DNA of 64,000 bases, from assembly GCF_000497125.1 (NCBI RefSeq), contig NC_090598.1:124001-188000 (forward strand), written 5' to 3'. Below are positions 40,220 through 53,817 of the stretch, piece by piece. Source of the stretch: Spironucleus salmonicida. Lineage: Eukaryota. A model generated the notes under the pieces. That model worked only from the letters and a program-made list of their open reading frames with translations, searched no databases and had not been told where the DNA came from. The stretch's first letter is position 1; every line of letters begins with the position of its first letter. A program made the translations under genes and the position numbers.

Positions 40220-40978
40220 TCACCAACAGAAATTATTGATCTCTTGAATTAACTTATGAACACTTGATATATTATTTTTCATGGAACTATTTTCTAAATA
40301 ATATTAGGCAATGTTTAAGATTTATCCCTCATAGCTAGTAATTTTGTTATCTTATTTCAAAAAATTAATCTTATTTTGTAAATTATAGTTATCAATAATT
40401 ATATATTATTATTCAATATATGCAATCTTTCCATCAAAACTTATTGAAAAATCATTTTTAACAGGGATAAATCTGAGAGAAATGAAATCAAAAACTTCTT
40501 ATCTGTTGATGAGCAGGTTCTAAATTTAACAGTCAAATCTACCTTTAGCTTATGCAATTTTAACAATTTTTCCGTCATAATACTTGAATATCTCTTAATT
40601 AGCAAAATATACGTTTTTATTAATTTAAAAAGAAAACTAAAATATAATAGGGATCTTTGATTTATCTTATAAACTAATAAGCTAATTTGCTTCATGTATA
40701 TACAGAATACTATTTATTACAATAATATTCTATATTTTCGTGGAAGTAGTGAATATAATTTACTTTTGTGTGAAAATTTTGTTATTTTAAAAGGTATATA
40801 ATTTCTTGTTATATAGTATCGGTAGCAGATAAGTTTATCCAAAAAAATTTGTGCTAAAAGGTATATTGTGTTACAGAAAATTTGTCATTTTTGTTGTAAT
40901 ATCTTGTATATTGAATAATAATTAAAAATTATTTTTGACATTTGGAGAATGAATTTCTTCCAAAATAAATGGGTCCAT
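40220..40978 (-). CDS. Hypothetical protein (~252 aa)
   Basis: Open frame MDPFILEEIH... to TGA under TAR=Gln. Confidence 0.55.
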
Positions 40979-41246
40979 AACAGTTTAACTACAATTAAAA
41001 AATACGACCTAGCTTATATTAATAATAATCAATTATCTTGGGTGATGTTATTATTTCACTAATTATATTATAATAAATTTTTGCAATTAGGCAGTGAAGT
41101 TATTTATTTATCTAGAGGGAATTTTTATTAACTATAATAGTTAGGATCGTTTAATTACTAAAAAGCTACAACCATATAATAGTTTTAATTTTTTAATTTA
41201 ATATTTTATTCTTATAATATATTATACAATATTTTTATTTAGTAGA

Positions 41247-42605
41247 ATGTAAAGTAGGCATTGCAAACATTTACGACTTAGAAAATAGTCTAAAATTTGT
41301 ATTAAATGTGGTGAATAAATAAATGATGTAATTATTGACAAGGATTATCATTTAAACTAACAGATGAGTATTTATGAGAAGTTAAGTTTAATGAGTAAAA
41401 CTATTCTTAGATTTGAGCAATAAGTTAAATAAAATAATAAAATTTTACTATTCTTGGATATTGATGATACAATACTTCACTGTGAACCAGGAATTCCAAA
41501 TGAAAATTGTATATCTGGTTATATTATTAGAGAATAATTTGAATCACTAAATCAATATTATTTGTTACTAAAATAATATCAATATATCTCGTTTGAACTT
41601 TGTAGACTAAATATTAATGGATAAACATCATGCAGTAACTATTATTTTTCAATTCGGCCTGGCTTTTTAGATTTCATTCTTAATAACTATCAAAAGCTTA
41701 TCATACTAATTACAACTACAGGAGTATATGAGTATGCAAAATAGATTTGTAAGATATTAGATCCATAAAATATATTATTTGAGAGAATTACTGCACGCGA
41801 AGGATAAAGTACTGGTGGTTAATAAGGTATTGTTGTCCCAGATTAATCCACTATATTATCTTAAACATAAAATTAATACTTAATAGATCGCAATATAAAA
41901 ACTATTGATATAATAAAAGACTCATAAATATTACTTAATAATTATTTAATCTTTGATGATTCTTCATTTCCTTGGTTTAATAGTAACCCTCCAGAATAAT
42001 TCTTTCGATCCATACCATACACAACTTCAAAAATTACTACAAATAATGACTCTTTTGCTCAATCATTTCTTCCTTTAACCTAGGAAAGGTCTTTTATTGC
42101 TCCTTTTATCGACTATGCTGCTTATTACGAGTAATAGATGCTTACACTTGAATATATTATCAATTAAGATCGAAGATTGTCATATTATCAGGGAAAAGTA
42201 TTTCGAGATTGTGTATTTTATTTTTAAAGATAGTGCCCTTCTCTTTATTAAGAAGTAAATGAAACAAATAATGAAAAATTATTAATGTTATAGTATATTA
42301 TAAACGAAACTGCTTAAATAGATTTGCGTATATTAACTGTATGGTAATTTGGAGGAACTGTTGTGAATCAATTTTCTAATGCTGTAACTCATTTTGTAGT
42401 TAATAACAAATAGTCAGATTAGTGTGTTAATTATGTCAATGCTAGTTGGATTAAATAGGATAGCCCAATTCTTACATTAAAAGATAAATAAGAATATGCA
42501 TAAAAATTATTAGTTTCTTCAGATTATATTTTTATATCTGCATTTTTATTAAAAAGGTAAAATAATTCATTTTTAAATTAAGCAGTCTTATCAAATTTCT
42601 AATGA
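41247..42605 (+). CDS. FCP1: FCP1-like RNA polymerase II CTD phosphatase (HAD + BRCT)
   Basis: N-terminal CKH...CIKCG; catalytic LDIDDTILH (DxDxT); IRPGFLDF...EYAKQICKILDP; BRCT-like QFGGTVVNQFSNAVTHFVV. Confidence 0.85.
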
Positions 42606-43597
42606 TTAGAATCCTTTATTTTATCCTATTTTAATGTTATTAAATAAAATTAATAGCGATTCAAGCTGTTTAATTTAAATAACGTGTTTATATAATACCA
42701 AAATAATATCAGTATGCTTATTATATTATATTTATAAAAATAGTGAAAAGTATTACTTCATTCAAAATAGAAATATAAAATAATTTAATAAGGATAAAAT
42801 ATATTTCATAATAAAGTAAACATCAATAATCCTTATTATTTGAATAACTTCATATACTGAGTCAATAACATGTAAAATATTAAATTTAGTGATTCGTAAT
42901 GTCATATTATCTATTAAATATATTTAAAATAGATGATATAGAAGCACCAATAATTGGGTACAGAATAAATCTAGGTTTGATTATTTTTAAAAAGGTTATG
43001 TATGTTTGGTTCATAAAACGAATTATGAAATGATTGATCGTTTCTAAATAATCAAATGTAAATTCATTCGATATGTAATGCTGGATACTAATGGTATCAA
43101 TACTTAACTACGAACTATCATATAAAATATTACAATATGATATAAATAACATAAATTAATTCTTAAATGTTGTTGATTAATATAATTATAGTTATACTAC
43201 TAATTATACATATTTTATTTACGTAATATGAATTATAAAAATAAATCGATTCCAAAGAAAACAATGAGTTTTTATGAAAAATTTATCATTTTCCTAGAAT
43301 TGGATATAACTTAGTACTAGCAATTGATAGTAGAGTTTAAAGATAGAATGTATGAGTATTGGTTATATATACTGTTTTATTTTATATGCAACTTAAATTT
43401 TGTAATGGTATCGTATAATATCTAAACATTGCCAGAACATTATTGAGAATACACCTACAATTCGCAACATTATTATTATAAGATTATCTAAACAATACAC
43501 AGTCCATTAGCTATCATAAAAAATTACTAGTAACTATTTTATTTTACCTTTGACAAAGAACTGGTAAAGCAATATTATACAATACTTATTAAATACT

Positions 43598-44704
43598 TCA
43601 CTTATGCAGCTTAACGTCAGCCACAGTATAAGTTTTATCAAAAATGTAGCAAAAGCTGAGCTCATTCTCATTGCCTTACACGGACTCCAAATTGTAGCTC
43701 TTGTTCAACCTGGCAGTGTAATTCACAGGGTTCCCATTTGCGTTGAACAACTTAATCGATTTAGACGTATCCAGACCGATCCAAAACTGTGCGTTCTGAA
43801 TTCCAGAGACTGAGCGTATAATACTTGGCAGCTTGTGCAAGGGCTGGTTAAGGTTCCTCAAATCGTACACGGAGGTGCCGTCAAGCGAGGATACCGCCAG
43901 CTGCGAGTTCTAAATGACGAAATCAGTAGAATTGTTCAGTTTGATAGTAGAGTAAACTTGGCAACGCTGGTCGACCAAACTGACGCCATTTTGGTGTAAA
44001 CACGAGATCCCATTCACAAACGAGCGTGTTTTAGTCGTTATTTCGGGCATTTTTACGACATAAGAGAAATTCTAGAGGTTCTAAATATCGTAAATGTAAA
44101 TACTCTCATTATTAGCCGCAAAAACTAGCTGATTTTGAGAAAGGAAATCCACCGATTGAATAGCACGGCCCAGCGAAAAAGAGTGCAAAAATGCGTCCGC
44201 TTCGTTGGCTCTCAGGTCGAAGAAACGCGCGTCCGAGTCGAGCGAAACTGATACAAGCAAATCATGGGTCGGGTGCACGGCGGCGTCAAATACTTCTGCT
44301 GAATGACCGTAAAAAGTATGCCTACACCGTGACTGCTAGTACTGCGTATCACGACTGTTCTTGTGGTCTTGTTTAGCTTTTTATAGCTCAACAAGCTTTA
44401 GGCAATTGTCCTTCCCACCAGATAGGATATAGCGGCCTCCTGCTGTGAAACGTACGAAATTGATTGGAAATTTGTGTTTATTCTCATAATACTGATCAAA
44501 ATCTCCAACTTATGGAGGGACATTTGAAAAATGTGGCGGTGGGATAGTTGTCTATAACTACTGGATTGATTTCTGGATACTTAACTCTGTAAAGTTTGGT
44601 ATATGATTATTGAGCATAGCGCCAGCTGAAAGTAAATCCCCCTGTGTAAAAATCATGTCATAGATCGTTTTATCCATTCGTGGAATGAAAACTTAAGCAA
44701 TCAT
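43598..44704 (-). CDS. WD40 repeat protein (368 aa)
   Basis: HKFPINFVRFTAGGRYILSGGKDNCLKLV; FYGHSAEVFDAAVHPTHDLLVSVSLDSDARFFDLR; ends AAG TGA. Confidence 0.85.
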
Positions 44705-44746
44705 CAAATTAAGATAAAATAATATAAATCATTTCCTTTCATTTAA

Positions 44747-46051
44747 ATGAATAGCTCTGAATCTTTAGTAGATTATTTACTTATAAATGCAGATGATGTA
44801 TTTAAGACTAGTTTAAGTGATGCTATAATGATTAATAATAGCTAGTTTTAATTCATATGTACTTATACAGGAGAAGCAGAATAAATAATTAAGACAGAAA
44901 TAAGTAGAAAGCTAGGTAGTATTTATGGTTCCATTCATGATTACTATCAAAATATTTCCGATTGTAACCTTGCAGCAGCAACTCAACTTAGAAAGCACCA
45001 GTAATTTTTTAATGAATTGGAAAAAGAAAAGGTTTCTATACCTCCTATGTAACAGATTAACTAAACAAAAATTTATAATTCTGCTTTGCAATTAGAGAGT
45101 ATCAATCTACATTATTTCTAGCATCCAGCATCAGACTAATACATTGCAAGTAAGTTCAGATTAGCTCTTACTTCTTATAGAAATTGCCCTATTCCTCATA
45201 TTACACTAAACGAATTCCCTCTTCTACTTAGCAAGTGTTATTAAGTAGCGTTAAAAATTTTCAATTTATTAAAAACATCATTTGCAAAAAATGATATCTC
45301 TAAGTTCCTTCTTCTATTGTCTGATGACCTATCAAGCCCGAATTCACCTGTTTTTGAAGTTTTTGTAAAATGGTACAAAACATATAGTAGTAATATTTTA
45401 GAAAATACGGATTTAGAATCCTATTTACTCAACGACAATATATCACTATTTGGACTCAAATAAATGGACGCAACTGCATCAGTTTTGCTAAAATTATGCT
45501 TTTTAGTCCTCTCTTAAAATTATAAGCTTGTTGGTTATGAAAAAGGAATGAAAAGTCTTGAAAATGTAGGTTATGATGTTAAAAATTGTTATTTTTTAGT
45601 TGAAAAATATGTGGAAGAGTTAGAAGACGGAGAAATTGAGCCTCTTTAATTTTTATTAGGTGAAAGTGATAATACAAAATTCCTCGACGAGGCATTTGAG
45701 ACCGATGATACAAGAGCATTTTTAATCTTCCCAGCTATCGTAGATAGTTAAAATAAGCTTATAATGGAAGGAAAAATGGAGTTTTAGATTACGAAAAGTG
45801 GTTAAATCAAACCGGAGATATATGTAGAATCTGGATTTTTCGATGATATTAATACTAATAAAGTGCCTCTCAAATTTGATCATCAAAAAAACTACTAAGT
45901 TAACTTTTAAAAATTCTCATAGTAACTTAGAAATATCAAAGAAAAAATCAAAGGTCAACAGCACATAATAGAATCTTATAATTACTATCAGCAAAAGGAA
46001 TACCATATTTCTTAGGACAATATACTTCTCCCAAAGTTCATAAATAAATGA
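44747..46051 (+). CDS. Hypothetical protein (~434 aa)
   Basis: Long ATG-to-TGA frame under TAR=Gln; no motif recognised. Confidence 0.6.
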
Positions 46052-46064
46052 TTAAAATTCAATT

Positions 46065-46703
46065 TCACTAAAAATGCTTGATAAATAATCCAGCCAAATA
46101 TCGAGCATCACCAAGAGCGCAGTGAGATGAACTCTTCTAGCTATGATACTTACATTTATTTGCTTTATGCATCTCCAAATTAGCCTGCTTTGATGAGAAT
46201 TTTGCCCCCAAAAATGCATGCGAAAACAAATCAAAATCAATCAGTTTACCTTCTAAATTCTTACATTTCATTTAATGATATAACACCACATTTTCAAGGG
46301 TTGGATCCTTTGCAATTATAGAATCGACAAAATGTGCTGAAAAGCTAGTTTATATACTTACAAACGGGCATTTTAACTGATACAAATCTATGCTACTTCC
46401 CAAAGCAAAAATTTCGAAGAGGGGACCAAGTTTAGTGATTTCTATTGGTCTAAAGAGGTGGAAATTTGGGTCGTTAGGGTGTGGTTTGTTCCAATTTATA
46501 TTAGAATCCAACACACAATTGACAGCACACTCATAGTCATTAGAATTCGGGAGAATGAATGCATGAAACTGAGCTACAATTTCACCATTTTAAACACGAA
46601 TAGCACCGATTTCAAATGGAACTACTAAGGGACATTCTTGGTACGGTTATGCAAAATATGCTTCGAAATCTAGAAAAATATGGTTTCTCAATAGTTTGTT
46701 CAT
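46065..46703 (-). CDS. Maelstrom-domain / DnaQ-like DEDDh exonuclease (212 aa)
   Basis: FLDFEA, VPFEIGAIRVQNGEIVAQFHAFILP, AKDPTLEN, KCKYH...SHCALGDARYLA. Confidence 0.72.
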
Positions 46704-46749
46704 TAAAAGACAAGATATGTATATAAAGATATAAAAGTATATCAAAAAT

Positions 46750-47859
46750 TCACTCGTTTTTTATGATCTACGCAATTTCACTGATTGTATAGTGGTATTC
46801 GTCTTCGTTAATAATTTTTAACATTTAGATAAAGCAGTTAGCATTCTATCTGATACTTTCCCCGAAATCTATAGTTCTCGCTTGTTCTCTCTGGTCATGA
46901 TCCATTTAGTCAAATAAATAATTGCAAAGGAATAAAAAGTTCTAATTACACTATCTTATCCAATTTTCTGATTATATATTACCATTTGTTAAGTAAAATG
47001 ATTCTTTATTAGCAACAATCTCGAAACCCAGAAATAAATCAAAAATATCAGTAAAAGTATCTGGGGATGATATTTTAACAGGGTACTTCTCAACTTTACA
47101 ATCAATATTAGAGTGGAGATTTAAATTCAGTGACTCATCCATTTAGAACCGGAATGTCATTCTATATAGTTTCTAATGATTAATTGAGTTGTATAGAGGC
47201 TTTAGTGTAAAAATTGAATCAAAATCGACAGTTTTGAATCTTTTATAACCATAAAGCACAAAATCAGCAGGAGGTTAATCAATGAGCTAAGCGACTAATT
47301 CCGACATGTTTAGTTACGTATCTTGATAGAATACCTTTTTCTATATCTCTGAATAGTCAATATGTCTTCTTTATGCTGTTTTAACATAAATTAAATCACG
47401 TTTTTGATTATTTTAAATTTCTAAAATCTTGATTATTTAAGGAGTCTCAAGTGGTACGGAAATATTGAATTTAGAATATAAAATTTAGTTTGCAGAGAGC
47501 AATGCTTTTGCAAACTAAACTGTTACCATTGCATCAGAAGATAATGAAAACTAAATCAAGTTTCCTGGAACCTGGCAAGAAATAACAGTGTTATCCTTCA
47601 CTTTATCAAAATCGTAATATATTTGGTTTCGACTACCGATATGGCATAAAATATCATCTGCTATCTGTGGAAGACATTATGTTCCAGTAAATGTTAGCAG
47701 TTTGTCTTCTAAAAGAAGCTAAACCTATCGTTCTACAGAAGGGTCGAAATAACTAATGAGATCTTCGATCTTAGTGAATTTTTTGAAAGAATTGAATGGT
47801 TAAATATCTGTAGAATTTAGAATTTATTGGATAGGTGAGTTTTGGAATTTTTTAATCAT
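46750..47859 (-). CDS. Hypothetical protein (~369 aa)
   Basis: ATG and GAG TGA in frame; open where read. Confidence 0.6.
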
Positions 47860-47916
47860 TTATTTTTGTTGGTCAAAAATATTATATTTATTATATAGAA
47901 TATTATATTTTATAAT

Positions 47917-49542
47917 TCATTCTAGCATTGTTTGAAATAGATCAATAAGTTTTTAATCAGGGTCATTTCGGTATGTATCACAGATAGTGTGTATTTTCTG
48001 TATATTTCCAACATAAAATAATCTTGTTTTGAGCTTGTCATCATCAAAAATTGTGTTTAGAAAACCAGAAACCAGCTCATAATCAAGATCTACTTTAATC
48101 TTCTTTTTCTTTGATTTGGATACCTTAGAGCTTTTGCTGGAATTACACCGTCCTTTCTAAAGCTCAGATTCTTCAATTTTCTAATAGCATTTTCTAGGGT
48201 ATTGTACACTCAACCGCTCATTTACTTCAATCTGGCATTTCGAGTCCACTTTTGGAGGTTTTGGCACAGTCACCGGATGGTACTCTATTACTGTTGGCTT
48301 CCGCAGAAATTTTTTCCCCAATGCTTCATTTTCAAACTGCATAAAAAGCTACAATTTTGTCACATTTTCGCTCCCCGCGCAGCTATGTGATTTTCGAACC
48401 ATTTTGACCTACATCGGCCGTTCAGCAGTAACCTCGGTATACTGCCGTTTCTAGTGCATTTCGACCGTTGTGCAGTCGCCATTGCTAAGTTTTCGGAGTT
48501 TTCCCTTCAAATCGACTTTTTAGAAACCAATTTTGTTATTTATCACTAAAATACGCATCAGAATGCTCAAAATCGGGCTTAGCGAATTATCAAATTCGAC
48601 AATTTTGCAGTGCAAGCTGGCATCCAGGCAGCACACAACACCGCTTGTCTTGAGCTCTTTGAGCTCTGCGAGCTGGCGGCCGGACGCGAATTTTGCGAGG
48701 AATACGAAGAGCTCGCTGAGCTGAAAACGGCGGTTTTCGGTGCGCTGGAATTCGCCGAAAGAGGCTAAAATGCTGCTCGAAATGGGTGCCAGGTCCAGCG
48801 AGCAGACGGTGTTGATATCGAGGCCTTTTAAGATGATATGCTGAGCTGGAATGCCATGGCTGAAATTCGTGAAATCTGAGGTTTTGAGGTCAGTAAATGA
48901 GAGGTCCAGGAGGTCTAGCAGCGTGATTGACTTCAAGAGGTATTTTAGCGGTTTGACAAACTTTTTAAGCGGTAGATTTCTGAGCACTAGATACTTGATG
49001 TTGGGCTGATTAGACAGAAAATGGAAAATGGAGTGCATTTCGAAATGCGTGTTCATAAGGGTAAGTGATACTATACTGACTGTTGGGGCGAAGAAGAAAT
49101 CGTCGAATATTTCTTGGGTCTAAAATAATTTTTCTGGGTTAGTCAGAAAAATTGACTAAAGATTTAGTATGGTAGTGAAATTAAAGTCTATATTGTGCTC
49201 TTAAGGTGAAAATGGTTTTTTAAATTCAATGTTATATCCAAATCTAGCACCAATATTAATATTTCCATTAAGGAATTCTTCGAAGCGATCTGCTGTAACC
49301 CCTTGAATTTATGTATACAAAAATTTTAAGTACTCCTCATCGTCTTGCTAGTATTAAATGAAATGTTGGATAAATTTGGAACTTTGATATAGTAAATATT
49401 TCAAAATATCAATTTAATCGAAATCAAAATATTAATCCACTACAATCCAATTAAATTGTAAAAATTACTCTAATGATCTTCCATAATTTTTAATATGAAA
49501 GTAATTTGCAGTTTTCTCAAAAGCATCTCTTATTGAAATCAT
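47917..49542 (-). CDS. Hypothetical protein with leucine-rich-repeat-like segments (~541 aa)
   Basis: In frame with ORF-track fragment 48520-49056 (IKYLVLRNL, LDLLDLSFTDL). Confidence 0.65.
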
Positions 49543-49631
49543 AAATTCTATACATATTTCTAATATATAATAATCTATAACGTTGAATAAATATATACGA
49601 ATTAGATATAATTATATTGTATTTGTAATTA

Positions 49632-50855
49632 ATGGAAATTTAATAAGTAGTTCCATAATATTTAGGTGTTATAGGTTTTGTTATAACTCAAGCTATTTAA
49701 CCACTAAGTTATCATTTTCTTGTTGGACATCTAATATCTACACCCTAATAATCGTCACTGTTTGATATCACGTCATATCAGTATAATATATATAAGTTTC
49801 ATCATTGGACTTTATGGTTTGACATATTTTATCTTATTTAAGGTATAAACTGTTATTTAATCTTCAAATCTTTTGGATAATATAAATATAAGGCTATTCT
49901 TTATTAAGCATCTTGGTATTGCCGGTATTTAATTTAATATATTTTACTTATAGTATTATTATCGTTTTTACCCAACAATGAATATCATTTCAGTATCTCA
50001 GGGTTCTTATTATTATAGAGTTGTTAATAACCATATTTTGATGTTTATGACTTAATTGCTGTTTAATCCTAATTATTTCAAGGATTCACATGTTTGTATG
50101 GTTGTATTCTATTGGAAAAGTATTTTAATGTCAGAAAGATGATTATCTTTGTTTTATCAACGATTTTATTTGTCCGCTTTGTGTATATCTTAAATATGCT
50201 TATTCAAGGATCATTTAGTTAGTTTTAATAAGAAAGCGTAATGGGTTAAGTATTTCAATAACAATTTCCACTATTTTGGGGATTCTTTTATTCATATTCT
50301 CTTGATACAGGATTAATCAAAAAACGCAAATTTTCTAAAAAATATTCACCAGATTTAATAATTACTTTAATTTTCTCTGTCTTATATGTTTATTGTTAAT
50401 TCATAACACGATTTGAACTTCATGAACTATAAATAAAATCTAATATTCTAATTATTTTATCGTATACATTTGCAAGACCTTTTCTTCCAATCTTCTATAG
50501 TTTTATAATCTATTTTTTAGATGATGCACCCATTATGAAAATTTTGATTAACAATAAGCTTTTTCAATTAATATAAAAGGAATTTGATTTTATCGGTTCC
50601 TCCTTTATCTTATTTTCTAAAGTTACCTTAGCTTATATATAAAATGTTGAGTTTGGACCTTTTGATGATCTTATTGTTATGTTTATTAAAAATGGTGCAA
50701 TAGTGTTTACTATTATTATAGGAATGTTAATTAGTAAATTAGCAAACCCTACTCTTCATCGAATTAATTGCTATTTAAAGGATATTGAAAAAAATATTTA
50801 AAAGAAATAAGCATTTACACCTTATAATAGGAGTATTGAGAAATATAGTGAGTGA
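49632..50855 (+). CDS. Multi-pass membrane protein (407 aa), weak resemblance to acyltransferase-3 family
   Basis: Frame walked and fully open; multiple hydrophobic segments. WFDIFYLIQG loosely resembles the VDxFFxxSG motif. Ends GAG TGA. Confidence 0.6.
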
Positions 50856-50868
50856 TATAATACTTTAA

Positions 50869-51327
50869 TCAGAAAGGCATGAAACGTTTACGCTTATGCT
50901 CAGCTACTTCCTCAGTCTTGATCACGTTGAAAGAAACGGTCTTAGAAAGCTGACGGCATTCACCAATGGTAACGATATCACCTTCTTTAACACGGAAGCA
51001 AGGGCTGATATGTGCGGCGATCTTTTTGTGACGTTTTTCGAATCTTTTATACTTGGTAACGTAGTGGAGGTAATCACGACGGATGATAAGGGTTCTCTGC
51101 ATCTTGTGGGAAGAAACAACACCCTTGATGATACGACCGGTAATTTCAATGTCGCTAGTGAAGGGGCATTTCTTGTCAATATAATGACCAGTGATGGCTT
51201 CTTGAGGAGTTTCGAAGTTCTTGCCAATGCTCTTGTAAAAACGGAAAGCCTTTCCATTTTCACCTAACTTGGTATGGCATACCTGAGGTTGCTGGTGGTA
51301 GAAGTTTTCGATCAGTTGACCTTCCAT
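50869..51327 (-). CDS. RPS11: 40S ribosomal protein S11 (uS17)
   Basis: [66 protein letters not shown]. Confidence 0.97.
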   Translation of the reverse strand: MEGQLIENFYHQQPQVCHTKLGENGKAFRFYKSIGKNFETPQEAITGHYIDKKCPFTSDIEITGRIIKGVVSSHKMQRTLIIRRDYLHYVTKYKRFEKRHKKIAAHISPCFRVKEGDIVTIGECRQLSKTVSFNVIKTEEVAEHKRKRFMPF

Positions 51328-51380
51328 CAATTGGAGTGGAATTATATAAAGGAAATGAAATATTTTTTATACTATATTAT

Positions 51381-51818
51381 ATGGGAATATTTAATGTATT
51401 TGTAAATTTTATAATGATAATTCCTTTGTATTGGGCATAGTTTGGCGCTGTGTTATGTGATATATTGATTACTGCTATTTCAATTATATTTGAATTGTAT
51501 ATAGCAGTGGGATTGGTAGCAGTTCATTTAATCTTAAAAATTTTAATCATTATGTTATTTTGGAAACTTTTTAGTATCAAGCTTGGTAACACATAGTTAA
51601 AATTTACAAAATCTTTAATTCAATTTATTATGCTCAATGTTATCTAACTTATGATTATATTCATTAGAATTATTGTCTACCTTTTAACACAATCTCTTGG
51701 TATAAAAGTAGTTGAGTAAGTTATAGGATGGATTGATTTAATCATTACTGTAGGATTTGATCTGTTTGTTTTTTAAATTTTCCTTTAAAATATCCGAAAT
51801 TTAGCAGTGAAAAAGTGA
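51381..51818 (+). CDS. Small multi-pass membrane protein (145 aa)
   Basis: Fully open, about four hydrophobic segments, ends AAG TGA. Confidence 0.65.
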
Positions 51819-51830
51819 GTTAGAATTTAG

Positions 51831-52409
51831 TCACTTAATTATACTTAAAATTTTAATCTCAATTTCTTCACAGTTTTGAAAGTCAATTTTAATATCTTTT
51901 TAGCCAAAAATTGCATCAATTTATGTTTTTTTAAGCTTCTTCAAAAGCAAATATACGCTTCTGATACGACCACTAGAAGCACCCTTTTAAACTTTTTAGA
52001 ATTGTTTTAAAAACATGCGCGAGTACTTTAAATAAAACTCCATATTAATTCCTTTTAACTCCGTTATTCTTTACATTGTATTGATTGCATATATTTCTGC
52101 CTAATCAGCAGCTTTTTAGAAGAATGCAACACCAGTATTGTATCTACGACAGTTATCATATATCACTGCTAAATCATGGATAAATTAATACAAATACTCA
52201 TATTCTCTATGATTCAAATGAACTTACATAGTAGTGTAATCTAATGGACGAGAGACTACTTAAAGATAATTTTCCAACACGGGAGGTCCTACATAATCAA
52301 CAGGATTAGCAAAAATTTCACCATAATACTATTGAAGTTTTAAATCTTCCAGTAGATCGAATAACTCCATCAACAGCCCAGGCGAAAGTTGTAAAGTTGG
52401 TAGAACCAT
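51831..52409 (-). CDS. Bromodomain-containing protein (192 aa)
   Basis: EIFANPVDY...NYLQVVSRPLDYTTM...EYEYLYQFIHDLAVIYDNCRRYN with the conserved acetyl-lysine-binding Asn. Confidence 0.88.
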
Positions 52410-52449
52410 TTTATTAAACAAATAAAATACGTATTATTATATAAGATGC

Positions 52450-53817
52450 TCACTTCTATTTTAACCCCTATCTTCGCTTTCGCATCATATCATCAACTTA
52501 GTTTTGTTTCATTTGTTATAAGTCTTAGTTCAACTCTTTAACTTCAGTATTAAATTTCTATTCATTGATCCTACTTAGCGCTCTTGCTTAGACTAAATCT
52601 CCTTCCGCTTAGTTAGATATAAAATTACTATTCTTCGATTTAGACCTTACAAATTAAAATGCAGTAAATAGTTACTCATTCTGCTATTTCTTAGGATTGG
52701 TTAGTCCATGATTTTGGAAAATACGTTGCATATTGAATTCTGATGGTTGTATATTAAATATATTTTTAATCTATCTATCTGTTGATTTAGCTCTTGCTAG
52801 TTTGTTATCTTTCCTCGAAGTTTGCTAATTTTTAATAATTTAATTTTAGTTTTACTATTTTTGTGATGAGGGAATAATTGGAATCTTTATCTCTTTATGA
52901 CTTAAGATTTTAATGATTTTTTATTAGTTGCTTTGAATATATTTTAATGCTTGTTTTTCTTAAGTTATTAGTTTGTTCTATTTACACTGGTTACCTTATT
53001 AAGCGTGTTATTTTTCTTGAGCCTCTATTTAATTAAAAACTTATTCATCTAATGTACCATTTGCTTCAGATAGTAGAGTAAAATTATTATTTTTGTTTAT
53101 ACTTTCTTACATATGGCATATTTAGTTATATTCTTACTTCTCCTCTATCACAGATCCACTTAATTCTATCAGGCTATCCACGGTGCTCAATGTTTGTGTG
53201 ATCTAAGTTTGTGTTGATTGTTTATTATCAAATTCGATTCTGTTTTAATGTTTCCAGTCACTAGATCTGAAATTTAATTTTCCTACATTTGTTTGACTCA
53301 ACCTAAATTCTTCTAATTAATCAGTAGATCCTGATCTTAGAAGATTATCGCAGTAATAAATTTTTGTTTCAATATCCTAATATTTCTTTTTTAATTAAGA
53401 TCTTATTGAATCCATATCGTTTTCCTTAAGCAGGGTATCAATTTTTTAAGGTTAATGTTAAAATACTTTAGTTTATGATTAATTAAATTGTGGTGATATC
53501 AGACCCTATCTGCTAGATAAATGCTATAAAAGTCCTTCTTCCTAACATATATCTAAAATTTTACCTGCAAAATTCAGTAATTAATTAGAGGGTTATATTT
53601 TTGGTGTTATATTATGTTAAATAGAATGTGAGTTTTTTAACAAACACTCATCAATAATTGTTTCCGCTTTTTATTAATTTACAATCATTTTGTTTAATTG
53701 ATTGTTCATTTGCTTCATTTAAAAATGTATATTATCAGATGTATCATTTGATAATTCAGCTGGATCTTCATTTGTAAGTCTACATATTTCATCTAGGGTA
53801 AAGATTCTGCTTTCCAT
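52450..53817 (-). CDS. Hypothetical Q/K-rich coiled-coil protein (~455 aa)
   Basis: ATG and AAG TGA-type stop in frame. Confidence 0.6.
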
